Assembly: GCF_006345805.1 (NCBI RefSeq)
Contig: NC_042997.1
Span: forward strand, 82,026,001 to 82,090,000
Length of the DNA stretch: 64,000 bases
Origin: Octopus sinensis
Taxonomy: Eukaryota
Direction of reading: 5' to 3'
The notes under the pieces: generated by a model
The model's input: the letters and a program-made list of their open reading frames with translations, nothing else
Databases searched by the model: none
Told to the model about the DNA's origin: nothing
Part shown: piece after piece, positions 63,986 to 64,000 of the stretch
Layout of the letters: each line of letters starts with the position of its first letter
How positions within the stretch are numbered: position 1 is the first letter of the stretch
Position numbers and translations under genes: made by a program

Positions 63986-64000
63986 AATTTTTATATTTCA

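Overview
Gene-poor, AT-rich eukaryotic DNA made almost entirely of transposon remnants and microsatellites ((TA)n, (ATT)n, (TG)n, (TATG)n, (TTC)n). The SINE families and microsatellite load suggest an octopod cephalopod; this is inferred from recalled repeat sequence, not from a search. I found no host exon, tRNA or rRNA gene, or CRISPR array that I can support. Recognisable elements: a near full-length R4/Dong-type RLE LINE (3803-8200, minus); three stacked R4-like 3' fragments in one (TATG)n array; scattered Tx1/L1-like fragments; a degraded Mag-type Gypsy with a tRNA-Ser PBS; RTE and CR1-group LINE remnants; one mariner; a Tigger-like end; a hAT MITE with its TSD; Helitron termini; four SINE families; and many Penelope-like (PLE) pieces. 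The most striking pattern involves the PLE termini. They repeatedly carry minimal hammerhead-ribozyme-like motifs (best copy 36469-36519), end directly at (TA)n, and occur as long fold-back palindromes or inverted pairs. There is also a perfect 171-bp templated inverted insertion (17994-18164 copied to 18772-18942) and a recent 545-bp tandem duplication. The long ORFs in low-complexity DNA are artefacts. Fragment boundaries are approximate unless exact junctions are quoted.
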